Of a stretch of 64,000 nucleotides of DNA, positions 54,173 through 63,880 are shown in pieces. The stretch's first letter is position 1; the number at the start of each line of letters is the position of its first letter. The position numbers were made by a program, and so were the translations under genes. Where the stretch lies: positions 1 through 64,000 of the forward strand of contig CAWBHS010000008.1 of NCBI GenBank assembly GCA_963788655.1, read 5' to 3'. The notes beneath the pieces are model-generated. The model was not told the DNA's origin, did not search any database, and saw only the letters and a list, made by a program, of their open reading frames with translations. This stretch comes from an uncultured Verrucomicrobiae bacterium. GTDB taxonomy: Bacteria; Verrucomicrobiota; Verrucomicrobiia; Limisphaerales; JAFGQR01.

Positions 54173-55249
54173 TCCCTTGAGTTGATCTTCGCGGAATTGG
54201 ATCGGGGAGCTTTTCCGAAATCACCACGGCGAATCAAGCTGCTTTCTTTCGGGCTCCACGATGCGAGCGCCCCAGCTTTCCTCATCAACGTTCCGCACCC
54301 ACGCTCACACCATTTTTCGCAGCGCTACAGGATTTTCTCGCCTGCGCCGGCCTCGAACAGAACATTGTCCGGCACGACCACGGCGGCTGTGCCGGTTTCC
54401 TTGAGCATGGAATAGACGTTCTGCACGAAGTTGAGCTGCTTGTTGCTCGTCGTCGGCGCAATGAAGTCCTGGCGCTCGTAATAGATCTTCTCCGTCTCCC
54501 GCTTCCCAGCGTCGTTCACGACCGTGATGCTGCTCTTTTTTCCAAAAGGCGGATTCGTGAGCACCATGTCCACTGGCTCGGGCCTCTTTGCGAGGGTGTC
54601 CATTGTCTGCACGATGGTCTTGTCGCTGCCGCCCATGCCGTGCAGGTAAAGGTTCATCGCACACAGACGTGTGACGCCCGGCACGATGTCCATGCCACGG
54701 ATGGCTTCCTCGTTGATGAAGCGCTGGGCTTTGCGATCCAAGTCGCGGGAGTTCGTCGTCACAGATATTCGTATGCGGCGAGCAGGAAGCCACCCGTGCC
54801 GCAGGCGGGATCGGCGATGCGCATGGTCGGTTCGGGGCGCATGACTTGCACGATGGCGCGGATGATGGGGCGCGGCGTGAAGTATTGGCCCGCGCCGCCG
54901 CGCACGTCCTCGGCGTTACGCGCGAGCAGGCCCTCGTAAATCTCGCCCTTCACGTCCATGTCCAGCCCGGCCCAGTTCTCCGACTCCATCAAGGAGATGA
55001 GTCGTTCCAGCTTGGCGGGGTCGGTGATCTTGTTCTGCGCCTTGGCGAAGATGATGCCGAGCAGACCGGGCAGCTTACCCAGCTCGCGCAGCGTCTTGGA
55101 ATACTGCACCTCCAACGGGTCGCCCGACTCCTGCTTGAGCGCGGCCCAGTTGTATTTCTTGGGAATGACATTCTCCAGGCCGAGCAACTCGCGCTCGTGG
55201 GCCATTTTGAGGAAGAGCAGAAACGTGATCTGCTCGGTGTAACCGCACT

Positions 55250-55620
55250 AGCAAAGGCAGCGACAGCGCCGACGGCAAAGGAGCTATTTACCGAGGGCGA
55301 GTTTAAGCCCGACGCCGTTTACGAATTCTATGATGCGATAGCAGACTCTCCCGAAGCCATAAAGCGCCTACGCGGAGAGCGAGTTCCGTTGCGAGCAAGA
55401 AAGCGACCTCGTAGTCGTGAGATTAAGCAGGGTCACCCATTCCGCTTGCACGAGCTTTGGGTGAAGAGATTCAAGAATCTCGAGGACTACCTAGTGCGAT
55501 TTGAGCCGGAACATTCGCTGGATGCTCTTTTGGGCTGGAATGGCACTGGTAAATCGAACCTGTTCGAGGTGCTGATCGTCATTTTCCGGGATCTCTACAA
55601 ATGGCAGTTTAAGGATTTTG
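55250..55620 (+). pseudogene. Remnant including the N-terminus of an ABC/SMC-type (AAA_15-like) ATPase of the kind found in defence loci
   Basis: 'FRLHELWVKRFKNLEDY..F......LLGWNGTGKSNLFEVLIVIFRDL', followed by loss of similarity. No proper start. Confidence 0.65.
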
Positions 55621-55836
55621 AGCCACACTCAGCTCGGATTAAACCTGCGCCATGTTGGAACCGGACAAGGGGAATTCCAATGGCGTTTGGACAAACTGTC
55701 ACAAGCAAAACCCCGCAGTCCCATTCATGCAAATGGCTAAACAAGAGTGTTTAACATGGCTGGCGGACTTTGCACGAAAAAAGTGAGGCGTGGTTAAGCA
55801 CGGGAGGATGAGACACGGAGAAACCAATTTGTAACC

Positions 55837-55913
55837 TGGTACGCGAGGCGGGGGTCGAACCCACAACCTTCGGCTTCGGAGGCCGACGCTCTATCCAATT
55901 GAGCTACTCGCGC
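55837..55913 (-). tRNA. tRNA-Arg(CCG)
   Basis: GCGCGAGTAGCTCAATTGGATAGAGCGTCGGCCT-CCG-AAGCCGAAGGTTGTGGGTTCGACCCCCGCCTCGCGTACCA, a cloverleaf with encoded CCA. Confidence 0.97.
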
Positions 55914-56083
55914 ATTCGCAGTGCGCTTACTTAACTCTATTCCCGAACCTAGAGCAATGGTTTTTCGGTGTGCATGGACGGGAAAAAGTCACACTTGGCA
56001 AGGAACGGCTACCGAACAGCAGAGGCGTCGGTTTCCGCGAGCCACAACTCTCGGATGAATCGCGGCCACGGGGCGACGCCGCG

Positions 56084-57563
56084 TTACCGCGGCTTCCCAT
56101 TGAGCGGAGGTGATTGCTGGTGCCAGATTGTGGAGTGTTCGTAGGCATGCGCCAGGCGAAGCAAGCGTGGCTTCGTCGAAGGGTTTGCCCAAAAGCTGGA
56201 GGCCGATTGGCAGTTGAGGATTTTGCGTAAAGCCGCAAGGCAGGCTGAGGCCGCAAATACCCGCCAGATTGCACGACAGGGTGAAAATGTCGGACAAATA
56301 CATCTGCAGCGGGTCGCCGGATTTCTCCCCGATTTTGAAGGCCGGCGTTGGTGTCGTGGGAGTGAGGATGGCATCCACTTGGTCGAACGCTTTCAGAAAA
56401 TCCTGGCGGATCAGCGTGCGGACTTTTTGGGCGCGTAAATAATAGGCATCGTAGTAACCGCTGCTCAGCACGTAGGTGCCAAGCACAATGCGCCGTTTGA
56501 CTTCGGTGCCGAATCCGGCGCCGCGCGTTTTGGAATAGAGTTCGATGGGGTCTGCTCCATCCACCCGCAGGCCGTAGCGAATGCCATCAAACCGGGCGAG
56601 GTTGGCGCTCGCTTCGGCCGTGGCAATGATGTAGTAGGTCGCCACCGCGTATTCAGTGTGCGGCAGGGAGATTTCCCGAACTTCAGCGCCCAATTCCTCC
56701 ATTTTCTTTACGGCGCTCTGGATGGCCTGGTTGACTTCGGGATCGATGCCGCTGATAAAATATTCCTTGGGCAAACCAAGCGTCACGCCCTTGAGGTGGT
56801 CCGTTAGAGCCGCAGTGTAATCCGGCACGGCTTGCGGCACGCTGGTGCTGTCCCGTTCGTCATGGCCGGCGAGAACGTTGAGCAAAGACGCCGCATCCCG
56901 CGCGGTTTTGGTGACGGGACCAATCTGGTCCAAAGACGAGGCATAAGCCACCAGGCCGTAACGTGAAACGCGGCCATAGGTGGGTTTGAGACCGACGCAA
57001 CCACAGAAGGCCGCCGGTTGGCGGATCGAACCGCCGGTGTCCGAGCCCAGACTGGCAATACACTCGTGAGCGGCCACGGCGGCGGCGGATCCGCCCGACG
57101 AGCCGCCAGGAATGCGCGTCAAGTCCCACGGATTCCGCGTAATTCCGAACGCCGAGTTCTCCGTGGAACTGCCCATGGCAAACTCGTCCATATTCAGCCG
57201 GCCAAACACGACCGCACCCGCGGCTTTCAGCTTTTCAATGACGGTGGCGTCGTACGGCGAAATGAATTCACCCAGGATTTTGGAGCCGCAACTGAGGGGA
57301 TGGTTTTTGACGGCGATGACATCCTTGATGGCAATCGGCACTCCGAGCAGGGGCTTGTCAGCCACGGTTTGGCCGGTAGCCAATTGCTGGTCCGCCGCAT
57401 CCGCCTGGGCCAGGGCGTCATCAGCGTTCCAACTTAGGAAGGCGTGGATTTGTGAGTCCGTTCGCTGGATTTGGTTTAGACAGGCCTGTACGGTTTCGCG
57501 GGCCGAAACCTCACGCCGCGCCAGTTGGTTCGTCAACTCAGAAAGGGTCAGTTCGTTCAGCAT
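56084..57563 (-). CDS. gatA: Asp-tRNA(Asn)/Glu-tRNA(Gln) amidotransferase subunit A; frameshift near 56165
   Basis: 'GVPIAIKD', '[14 protein letters not shown]', 'GGSSGGSAA', '[12 protein letters not shown]' and '[10 protein letters not shown]'. The tail 'LLRLAHAYE' is in the frame ending at 56084. Confidence 0.97.
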
Positions 57564-57605
57564 TGGGGAAACGGTGCTCTGCGAAAAGTTCCAGCCAAAG
57601 AAGAG

Positions 57606-57893
57606 TTACTCGATGATTTTGGGCACGACAAAGAGTCCGTTCGCCTGGGCGGGGGCATTGCGCATGGCATCCTCATGCGGCAGCGAGGGCCGGGCCTGAT
57701 CGGGGCGGGTAATATTCACCTGCGGCACGGCGTGGGCGGTAGGCTCGACTTGACTCACGTCCAATTGCTCGAGCTGGGCCATGTGTTCGAGGACGTGCCC
57801 CAGTTGGTCGGCGAATAGCCGTTCTTCTTCCGGGGTCAGGCTCAAGCGCGCCAAGTGCGCGACGTATTTGACATCAATCTGCGGAGCAGCCAT
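57606..57893 (-). CDS. gatC: Amidotransferase subunit C
   Basis: 'VKYVAHLARL...LDVSQVEPT...NAP....FVVPKIIE', upstream of gatA. Confidence 0.95.
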   Translation of the reverse strand: MAAPQIDVKYVAHLARLSLTPEEERLFADQLGHVLEHMAQLEQLDVSQVEPTAHAVPQVNITRPDQARPSLPHEDAMRNAPAQANGLFVVPKIIE

Positions 57894-57902
57894 GCGCGGA
57901 GC

Positions 57903-58325
57903 TTACGGATCCAGAGGGCAAAGCGGAAGCGGAAAGTCATGAACGTTGCCAGGGCTGTTCCAAGGTCCAGGAAGTGGGCCAGCGGCCAAGCGGATGACGT
58001 GCTGAAGCTGCCGGCTCATCGTGTCATGGAAGGTGGGAAAGGTGCGGTCCCGCTGGCGAGGTTGGTGCCGAGCCCAGGCCCGATACTCGCCTTGCACTGG
58101 GCGACGGAGGATCCCCAACCCGGTGACGGAGATGGGATGGCGGACCCGGCATCGATCCTCCTCGGCGCTCACGTCCAACGGATAATGAGTTCCGTTTTCA
58201 ATGCTCCAATACCAGCGAACCAATTCCAACAAACGAGCCGCCTCAGCCTGCTCGCCGCTCCCCGCACCGCGTTGCCATCCAACACGAGACCCTGTTGTCC
58301 ATAAAAATGTCCCGAAGCCCTTCAA
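57903..58325 (-). pseudogene. ISAs1-family transposase C-terminal remnant
   Basis: 'LLELVRWYWSIENGTHYPLDVSAEEDRCRVR' matches the ISAs1 pattern R.HW.IEN.LH..LDV.F.ED. No N-terminus. Confidence 0.8.
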
Positions 58326-58422
58326 TCAAGCCTGGAAAGCAATTCGATGTCGGGAAGGTCAAAGAAGACGAGAAAACCCTTGAGAGCTTAATGTTTTCGT
58401 GCAAAACAGGGGGGCTGCAGGC

Positions 58423-58498
58423 TGGTAGGTTGGCGGGGACTCGAACCCCGGACCAACGGCTTAAAAGGCCGCTGCTCTACCGACTGAGCTACCAACCC
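58423..58498 (-). tRNA. tRNA-Lys(TTT)
   Basis: GGGTTGGTAGCTCAGTCGGTAGAGCAGCGGCCT-TTT-AAGCCGTTGGTCCGGGGTTCGAGTCCCCGCCAACCTACCA. Confidence 0.97.
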
Positions 58499-58638
58499 AA
58501 CCGCAAAGGAGGCGAAACGTAAACAAACCTTCACCATCCTGCAAGCGATAATGCGCCAAAAATTGATGCCCGAAACTCTAACTCCAAATTCGCAAACGTT
58601 TTCAAGGCAGAGATCGCCAAGAAGGTTCGCCACCATGG

Positions 58639-59769
58639 TCAGGCTTGGTTGAAGAACTTGCGGATGGTCGCAACGACGTAATCCACTTGGCCGTCGGTCA
58701 ATTCCGGATACATGGGGAGCGGCAGGATGCGGCGTGAAACGGATTCGGCCACCGGCAGGTCGCCCGCGTGGTAACCCAAATCGGCATAGACTTTTTGCAG
58801 ATGCAGCGGCCAGGGATAGTAAATGATGGTGGAAACGCCGTGGACGTCCAAATGCTTTTGGAGCGCATCACGTTGCTCAGTGAGCAGCGCATAAACGTGA
58901 TAGACATGCGTGTTGCCAGGGGCGGTGACCGGACATGCGACAGGTAAACCAGCCAGCCCGGTATCGTAACGTGTGGCGATCTCCACCCTCCGCGCGTTCC
59001 AGGGGGGGAGGTGCGGGAGCTTGATCCGCAATATCGCGGCCTGGAGTTCATCCAACCGGGAGTTGTAGCCGTGCAGGTCGTGACAATAACGGCGTTCGAT
59101 GCCGTGGACACGCAGCATGCGCAATTCCCGCGCCAGGGATTCCTCTTGAGTGACGACCATTCCACCATCGCCGTCGGCGCCCAGGTTCTTGGTGGGATAA
59201 AAGCTAAAGCATCCCAGGCGTCCCATGCTGCCCACCGGTTGGCCATGGTGCGTGGCGCCGATGGCTTGGGCGCAGTCTTCGACGATTTGAATATCACGGG
59301 GAGCGGCCAACGCCATGAGTTCGCGAACGGGCGCTGCCTGCCCAAACAAATGGACGGGGATGATGGCGCGGGTTCGATCAGTAATCTTCCGCGCTACCTC
59401 GGTCGGATTGAGGTTGAACGTGCGCGGGTCAATGTCCGCAAAAACCACCCGAGCCCCCACTTGATGAATGGCTTCCGCCGGAGCGATGTAGGTGAACGGC
59501 GTGGTGATGACTTCGTCGCCCGGCCGGATATCCAAGGCGCGTAAGGCCAGGGTCAAGGCATCGGAACCGGAGTTTACACCCACACCGAAACGGGCCCCGG
59601 TAAACTGCGCGATCGCTTGCTCGAACGCGGCGAGGTTGGGTCCCAGAATATAATGTCCGCTGGCGAGAACTTGTTCAACGGCAGGCAACAGTTCGCTTTT
59701 CAACGTAGCGTGTTGCGCCGCGAGGTTCAGAAAAGGAACTTGCACGGAAGAGTCAGCGCGACCGGCCAT
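58639..59769 (-). CDS. DegT/DnrJ/EryC1/StrS family PLP aminotransferase
   Basis: 'VNSGSDAL', 'PVHLFGQ', 'EDCAQA', 'SFYPTKNLG..GDGG' and 'NSRLDELQAA'. Confidence 0.95.
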   Translation of the reverse strand: MAGRADSSVQVPFLNLAAQHATLKSELLPAVEQVLASGHYILGPNLAAFEQAIAQFTGARFGVGVNSGSDALTLALRALDIRPGDEVITTPFTYIAPAEAIHQVGARVVFADIDPRTFNLNPTEVARKITDRTRAIIPVHLFGQAAPVRELMALAAPRDIQIVEDCAQAIGATHHGQPVGSMGRLGCFSFYPTKNLGADGDGGMVVTQEESLARELRMLRVHGIERRYCHDLHGYNSRLDELQAAILRIKLPHLPPWNARRVEIATRYDTGLAGLPVACPVTAPGNTHVYHVYALLTEQRDALQKHLDVHGVSTIIYYPWPLHLQKVYADLGYHAGDLPVAESVSRRILPLPMYPELTDGQVDYVVATIRKFFNQA

Positions 59770-60570
59770 TCACTTGGCGGACGAGGCCCGGTACAGTGCC
59801 TCGGCTTCCGGCATCCATTGCTTGAGCTGTTCGATGCGTTTTGCGTCCAAGGGGTGCGTGCGCAGAAAAGCGGGAGTTTGGTTGCCGCCCTGTTCTTTGC
59901 TGTACACGGCAAAGCGTTCCCAGAAACTGACGGCTTCATGAGGATCGTAGCCCGCCTTGGCCATGTATTCGAGCCCAATGTGATCGGCTTCAGACTCCTG
60001 GACGCGGCTGAAGGGTAACAGGAAACCGGCTTGCGCACCGAAGCCGTAAAGCCCGTTCCAAATTGACTGGGTCTTGGGATCTTTGGTCGAAAGCGCCGAA
60101 GTGAGTGCTTCACTGCCCATCTGGGCGATCATGTTCTGGCTCATGCGTTCGGCGCCGTGGTGCGCCGTGGCGTGCGCGATTTCGTGGCCGAGCACCGTAG
60201 CCAGGCCGGCTTCGTTTTTCGTGATGGGCAGAATCCCCGTATAGACGCCCACTTTGCCGCCCGGCAAACAAAAGGCGTTGGCTTCCGGGCTTTCAAACAG
60301 CACAAACTCCCATTGAGCATTGGGCAGGTCCACCACCGCGGCGATCCGTTTGCCGACCTTTTCCACCAGGGCATTTCCCGCCGGATCTTTGCTGATGGGC
60401 ACTTCCTGCTTCATTTGCTGGAAGGTGGACAAGCCCAATTGCGTGGCCTGTTCATTGGAAACCAGCATGAGTTGATGGCGGCCCGTTTCGTTGACGGTGG
60501 TACAGCCGGAGATCCCTAGCAAAAGCATTCCGGCCAGGAGGGTGGTGGCGAGCAAGCGCAGCGTTTTCAT
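59770..60570 (-). CDS. M48 family metallopeptidase lipoprotein
   Basis: Lipobox 'ISGC', 'NAFCLPGGK', 'HEIAH', 'ESEADHIG' and 'THP'. Confidence 0.93.
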   Translation of the reverse strand: MKTLRLLATTLLAGMLLLGISGCTTVNETGRHQLMLVSNEQATQLGLSTFQQMKQEVPISKDPAGNALVEKVGKRIAAVVDLPNAQWEFVLFESPEANAFCLPGGKVGVYTGILPITKNEAGLATVLGHEIAHATAHHGAERMSQNMIAQMGSEALTSALSTKDPKTQSIWNGLYGFGAQAGFLLPFSRVQESEADHIGLEYMAKAGYDPHEAVSFWERFAVYSKEQGGNQTPAFLRTHPLDAKRIEQLKQWMPEAEALYRASSAK

Positions 60571-60662
60571 GGCGCAATCCAAGCATAACCGGTTACTGCC
60601 GGCAAGTCCCGTGAGTGCCTCATCGGTGCCTTTTTTTTGCCGCGAAAAGGCTCCGGAGCAGT

Positions 60663-61853
60663 TCACTTAGAAGCATTTTCGGCGCGCAATGGCTGGCTGG
60701 TAATGAGCCCGATGCCGCGTCCTTTGTTTCCGACCGCGCAGTAGTATAAATAAAACGTGTCATTCTTCGGATTGTAAACGAGCGAGATCTTGTGGGCATA
60801 CGTTTTATCGAGACCACTGGGATTGCCTCCGGCGCGGTAAAGCGGCTCCGGATCCTGGGTCCAGTGCCGCAGGTCACGCGAAAAGGCCACCATGATGTGG
60901 GCCCCGCCCCGGCCGACTCCAAAGTAAAACATGATCCAATGATCGCCATCGCGGAAGACCTTCGGGTCCGAGCAGAATCGTTCGTCAAAGCCGCCGGGTG
61001 TGTTGCGGATCACGGGATTGTTCGTGTAGCGCTGCCAGTTCATCAGGTTGGTTGAAAACGCCAGGCCGCTTTGTTCGACAGAACCATGGGCGGCATTGTA
61101 GAAATCGTAGAACTGTCCTTGATCCTCAACCAGCCAGGGTTGGTAAATGCAGTCTTTTTCCCACGGGCCACAATCCGCATCGTGGACCGACAAAATGTAA
61201 GTCGGCTTCGCCCGTTTCCAATCCAGGCCATCTGTGCTGCACGCGACTCCTTCGTAGCCAGGGCGCAATTCATAACCGCCCTGGCGAGGGTAAGCGCCGT
61301 ACAACGACCAATACTTGCCGGCGCGTTGCTTCAAGAGCCGAGGGGCCTTGATCGCGTAGGAGGTGTAGAGGTAAGCGCCCAACACACTGCCACCATGATC
61401 AAATTCGCCTTGGGGACCGAAGCCCATGGCCAGGCGCGGCTTGAGCCAATGCAACAAGTCGGTGCTCTCGGCGATGAACGAGTTGTAGCCGTGGCCGTCA
61501 AAGGCAATGAACGACATGTACCAACGGTCATCGCCGGGTCGTTGGAAGACGGTGGGCACGTCCGTATTCTTGAACTGTTCGCAGCCTTTGATTTTTGGCT
61601 CGGCGGCAATCACGTGGTCCGGATAATAGTGCCAGTGCCGGTAGGGAGCGGACCATTGCTTCAGCAGGGAACTCCCGATCGCTGCCGCAAACACCGCGTG
61701 ACCGGGAGCAGCCAGCAGGGCAGCGGCAATCCACCCATTGGCAAGCCCTCGTCTTATGCCACGGTGCCACGCGCCAGCGCATCGGAAGCAACAAGTTCTG
61801 GATTTGCGCGAAGTCTGCGCCGTCGCCAACAAGGTGGAGAGTCTTGAGAACAT
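60663..61853 (-). CDS. Five-bladed beta-propeller glycosidase-like protein (GH43/GH130/GH32 clan-like)
   Basis: Repeated 'S.DL.HW', 'STDGLDW' and 'STNLMNW' Asp-box-like blades, plus 'DPKV'. Confidence 0.7.
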   Translation of the reverse strand: MFSRLSTLLATAQTSRKSRTCCFRCAGAWHRGIRRGLANGWIAAALLAAPGHAVFAAAIGSSLLKQWSAPYRHWHYYPDHVIAAEPKIKGCEQFKNTDVPTVFQRPGDDRWYMSFIAFDGHGYNSFIAESTDLLHWLKPRLAMGFGPQGEFDHGGSVLGAYLYTSYAIKAPRLLKQRAGKYWSLYGAYPRQGGYELRPGYEGVACSTDGLDWKRAKPTYILSVHDADCGPWEKDCIYQPWLVEDQGQFYDFYNAAHGSVEQSGLAFSTNLMNWQRYTNNPVIRNTPGGFDERFCSDPKVFRDGDHWIMFYFGVGRGGAHIMVAFSRDLRHWTQDPEPLYRAGGNPSGLDKTYAHKISLVYNPKNDTFYLYYCAVGNKGRGIGLITSQPLRAENASK

Positions 61854-62177
61854 GATCGCTGTTTCCTGAACGCCAACTTCACCGGTTATTCATTTCGGAG
61901 TCTGGCCATCCTAGAACGGTCAACATCGCGGTGAACCGCTGTGCGCCGTTTCGTCCTTGCCAGACCCAAGTCCGGTTTTAGCAATCCAAGTAAGCTAAGA
62001 ATTACCGGCTTATGAAAGGAAGCACCGAGAGCGCTATTACTTCGCCAATGGCCGAGAAAAACAAGATAAAAGTGCAGGAAATCTGGGATCAGTGTTTATG
62101 CCCGGTGAAGCAATTCCAGTGTCCACTGCATCCTGGCATTTCTGCGTCGCCCGGGCGGAGGACTGAACCGCGCCGGC

Positions 62178-63677
62178 TCAGTACACTTTGCGCAAATTTG
62201 AAGGCAGAATGTTGAGTTCGGAACGGTATTTGGCCACGGTGCGACGAGCGATGACGATGCCTTTATCGGCCAGCATCCGCACGACTTCCTGATCGGAGAG
62301 CGGTTTGGTGGGCTCTTCGTTGCTGAACATGTCCGCGATCATGTCTTTCACGCTGGTATTGGACATGCCTTCGCCACTTGAGGTCTGAATCCCCGACGTG
62401 AAGAAGTATTTCATCTCGAAGATGCCTTGCGGAGTTTGCATGTATTTGCCGGAAACCGCGCGGCTGACAGTGGTCTCATGCACTCCCACGACCTCGGCCA
62501 CCTGGACCATGGTCAACGGCTTGAGGAAGGCCACCCCGTTGTCCATAAACTCGTGTTGGCGGTGGACGATTTCCTTGGCAATGTTCAGGATCGTTTGTTG
62601 GCGTTGCTGGAGACTCTTGATCAGGAATTTGCCGGCTCGGATCTTTTCCCGGATGTAATCGCGCACTTCGGTCGAGCTGTCGGCCTGCGACATGATGTCC
62701 TTGTAGGTATTGCTGATCCGCAGGTGCGGCACCTGATCGTTGTTGGTCGTCACCACAAATTCTCCGTCCACCTTGCTCACAAAGACCTCGGGGAGGATGT
62801 ATTGGTCGTTATCAGGCAAGAAAGACCGGCCCGGTCGCGGTTCCAGTTGGGCGATCCGTTTCAAGGCATCCTGCACTTCGTCCGTGCTTCGTCCGGTGCC
62901 GCGGGCCAGTTCCGGAATCCGCCGTTTGCCGAGGGCCTCCATGTGGTCCCGAATGATCTGGTATTCGAGCGAATTCTGGCGCCCGGTCCGATCCAACTGC
63001 AACATGAGACACTCCCGCAAATCACGCGCGCCCACTCCCGGCGGATGAAACGTCTGGATGACTTGGAGAACTTCCTGAATGCGGTCGGGTTCGATGTTGG
63101 TCGCAAAGGCAAGTTCCTCGACGTTGGCCTTGAGGTAGCCGTAGTCATCAATGTTGCCGATGATCATCTCCGCCACCGGCCATTGGGCTTCGGTGATTTC
63201 GGACAAGCGCGCCTGCTCGAGCAGGTTTTCCTGCAGCGATGTGCCGGTCACCAGAGAATCGAACATGAACTGGCGTTTCTCTTCTTCCTCCTCCGACTGG
63301 CGCAACGGGATATTGGTCTGTGAAAAATGATCGCGCCATTCCTGGTCCAGTTGCGTCAACCGCTCGAACTCCGCTTGGAAATCGTCCACCGGATCATTCG
63401 AGGGCTTCTCCGAAGCCGGATCAAAGTTCACGTCGGCGGGAGGTTCGGCCGGGTCCGCTGGATTGGCCGCCGGTTCACCCTCCCGGCTGTTCTTGGCCGC
63501 CAGTTCCATTTCTTCAATGGCGATTTCTTCCAAAACGGGATTTTGCTGAAGCTCCTGCTCCACCAAAGCTTTGAGTTCCAGAGTGGGCGCCTGCAACAAC
63601 GCCAGCGATTGTTGCAATTGGGGCGCCAGCACCTGCTGCAACGACATCTGTTGTTTCAAATACAGGCCCTGTGCCAT
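62178..63677 (-). CDS. rpoN: RNA polymerase sigma-54 factor
   Basis: Q/L-rich region I, 'PPGVGARDLRECL', 'HETTVSRA' and RpoN box 'ARRTVAKYR'. Start MAQGL at 63677. Confidence 0.98.
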   Translation of the reverse strand: MAQGLYLKQQMSLQQVLAPQLQQSLALLQAPTLELKALVEQELQQNPVLEEIAIEEMELAAKNSREGEPAANPADPAEPPADVNFDPASEKPSNDPVDDFQAEFERLTQLDQEWRDHFSQTNIPLRQSEEEEEKRQFMFDSLVTGTSLQENLLEQARLSEITEAQWPVAEMIIGNIDDYGYLKANVEELAFATNIEPDRIQEVLQVIQTFHPPGVGARDLRECLMLQLDRTGRQNSLEYQIIRDHMEALGKRRIPELARGTGRSTDEVQDALKRIAQLEPRPGRSFLPDNDQYILPEVFVSKVDGEFVVTTNNDQVPHLRISNTYKDIMSQADSSTEVRDYIREKIRAGKFLIKSLQQRQQTILNIAKEIVHRQHEFMDNGVAFLKPLTMVQVAEVVGVHETTVSRAVSGKYMQTPQGIFEMKYFFTSGIQTSSGEGMSNTSVKDMIADMFSNEEPTKPLSDQEVVRMLADKGIVIARRTVAKYRSELNILPSNLRKVY

Positions 63678-63720
63678 GCCGGCATTAAGAGCCATCCTCG
63701 TAAAGAACACAAGGAATAAT

Positions 63721-63737
63721 TCGGCACAATCACTGCT
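63721..63737 (+). promoter_or_regulatory. Candidate sigma54 -24/-12 site upstream of rpoN, in the opposite orientation
   Basis: TCGGCACAATCACTGCT is GG-N10-GC with a GGCAC core. Confidence 0.45.
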
Positions 63738-63880
63738 TTTGAGATTTGGTGCCAAAAAACCTTGCCCCCCGTGCCGTGCAGGTATTTCACGGAAATCGCC
63801 CAAACGGGTGAAGCGTTGCCGGGCGCAAGCGGCGCAAATTGACTCGGTTTCCCCTCTTCAACCCAGCACCCTTCATCCCG

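Larger units (their letters stand above)
50920..54329 (-). mobile_element. ~3.4-kb Mu/IS21/Tn7-like transposon with four ORFs (Zn-finger, DDE transposase, AAA+ ATPase, small ORF)
   Basis: It separates hsdM codons GEKI|RRALL. Ends read inward TGT(TGT)ACAGCAGCGAA and TGTAGCGCTGCGAA. Target duplication is degenerate: GGAT(T) on the right versus GAT(T) on the left. Confidence 0.9.
50453..55245 (-). pseudogene. hsdM: Type I R-M methyltransferase (HsdM), 5'-truncated and interrupted by a transposon
   Basis: N-part 54330-55245: 'EQITFLLFLKM', 'GAGQYFTPR', 'DPACGTGGF', 'NPPFG', 'VVPDNVLFE..AGEKI'. C-part 50453-50919: 'RRALLDRCNVHTLLRLPTGIWY...VKANVLFF...WVYDLRTN...NLDIFWL'. Confidence 0.92.

Noticed and set aside
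54846..55754. 302-aa + strand ORF as one real gene
   Set aside because: The first ~130 codons are antisense to hsdM. Only the segment from about 55250 to 55620 looks coding.
1..57563. Many frameshifts (LamG gene, CotH gene, copA, GH32, GH51, GH127, gatA) read as programmed frameshifting, phase variation or mass pseudogenisation
   Set aside because: They are scattered single-base indels that also hit gatA, a housekeeping gene, and they are densest in the repeat array. This is most simply long-read consensus error.
62012..62215. Small 67-aa ORF downstream of rpoN
   Set aside because: It has no recognisable motif, is not HPF-like, and overlaps the rpoN 3' end on the opposite strand.
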